DNA of 64,000 nucleotides, taken from positions 2,542,001 through 2,606,000 of the forward strand of contig CM074517.1 in assembly GCA_037379345.1 (NCBI GenBank), in the 5' to 3' direction. Origin of the DNA: Perna viridis (Eukaryota). Shown in pieces: positions 62,379 to 64,000 of this stretch. Below the pieces are notes generated by a model that did no database searches, was not told the origin of the DNA, and worked only from the letters and a program-made list of their open reading frames with translations. Position 1 is the stretch's first letter, and every line of letters starts with the position of its first letter. A program made the position numbers and the translations under genes.

Positions 62379-64000
62379 TAAGTGAAAATACAGGTTTATA
62401 TACACAGTTGGAGTAGTATAATAATAATAATAAAAAAATACAGGTTAATGTTTATGCTAGTTTCTAAGTGTTTTGTAAAGCTTCCATTGTGGAATGGATT
62501 TGGAAAAAAAAAATTTAATAAATAATAAAATATTATTGAGAACCAAATGAGTAAAATGGCCCCACAAAATAAAGTATTCAAAACATTAGTTAATTACTGT
62601 GTTGTTACTACAGTGAACTGTTAGACTGTTTGTGTGCAGGTTTTATTATATATATGTTTCACCAGGAATATATAACTGATAGTACTACACACAATAATGA
62701 GATGATCATTTCCATATCTAGATATTATGGAAGTATTTTAATTCATCAGTTTTGTTCATAGTCAGATGAAATGTTGTTTGGATGTAAAGTTTATAGAGAA
62801 AAAAAAACTGAAACAAATAATGAACATTAGAATTCAATGATTCACTTTAACAGTAGAATTTCTGTTTACGGCTTTATCAACATTAATAGATAAGGCAGTT
62901 TTAAATACTTTTAACTTGTAATATTTTAGACATGACAGGTTACTTAAATGGTTGGTTTGTTCTATTGGGTCAAAAAAGTTTTATTTAAAATACAATATCA
63001 TTGGTTGAGGTACATTTATGGATGAAATTAGCCCTATTTTCCTGAAAATTGATCTTTGAGACAGAACAAACTTTTACTTGCTGAACACGAGTGTTAAATC
63101 TAAAGTTCAATTGTCTATTTTTATAACTTATCTGTACTGCACATTTAAGTCATAATCATTGGTCAACATAGCTGGTTTTCTTAAATTTTACAAAACCAGG
63201 AAGTAAATTTTCCATTTCACATGCAATACAAGTATCAGTGCCAATATAGACCCATATAATATCTTAATATTCTGAAGCATTTTTGCCTATTTTATCTGAA
63301 TTCTTAAACATTTGGTTGGTCAACATTGAAGCAGGCATAATATTTTTGAGAAAAAAAATTATCTCTTTTGTACCAAATTTGAGACATTTTTGCAAAAAGT
63401 TGAGTTTTTAATTATGTTCGACTTGTTGTTTCTCGACAAGAACTACTAAAAAAATTACAATATGGTAATGTTGTTTTTCATTAAGTCCTTAAAATAAATA
63501 CAGTTGGAGCAATTTTTTACCATGTTTAGAAATTCAGCTTAGTAGGGGGCAAAAAACATCCCTTAATGTATGTCAACCTTTAATATCAAATGTTCTTGAT
63601 CATTTTGTTATTAGATAAATTTATAGCTAAGAAACATTTGGATATTTTTAGAAATATGTTTCACCATTAATTTTTACATTTACCATTTTGTTGCAAATAT
63701 ATTGCATCTATCTGAGTTTTGTTTGTTACACACAGAAGTTGTAGTACTTGTGTCAACACAATATCCATCTTTCTGTCTATTGTGATATTAATAAACTGCT
63801 ATGTTGTTGAGTTTTATAAACTGTTATACATTTATGTATTTATTTGTAAATCCCTTTTTTGGAATTTGATATGTAAAGTGGATGATCTGTTTATTGTTGA
63901 TATTAAAATAGACTTTTAACATTTATATTAAAAAATAGATGTAGACATTTTTTCTGATATTGGCAGTATACAATAATTGATGTGCAACTTTTGACTGATT

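Overview
AT-rich eukaryotic genomic DNA with spliced genes; the repeat families suggest a mollusc, probably a bivalve (inference). Three genes can be reconstructed with GT-AG introns and consistent reading phases. (1) The 3' part of a RABGAP1/GAPCenA-like TBC-domain RabGAP (+, 11 exons, 1..15356). (2) A complete FAM166/CIMIP2-family ciliary microtubule inner protein gene (-, 7 exons, 24354..36056, 319 aa). (3) A complete Nanchung/OCR-type TRPV channel gene (+, 36383..61829, about 776-782 aa), whose ATG lies 326 bp from the FAM166 ATG, head-to-head, with RFX X-box-like, forkhead, CCAAT and ETS motifs between them. The main finding is that the TRPV pore-loop exon (turret, pore helix, selectivity filter) exists as three intact tandem paralogues (54818-54963, 55413-55558, 56683-56846). 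All have 3n+2 length, so exactly one can be included: this predicts mutually exclusive splicing of the ion-selectivity filter. The same gene has two exon-end/splice-donor tandem amplifications, one of them about 35 copies of a frame-preserving 48-nt pseudo-exon. Introns contain minisatellites, Helentron/HINE-like elements, Tc1/mariner-type MITEs and a satellite with a duplication-inversion rearrangement.
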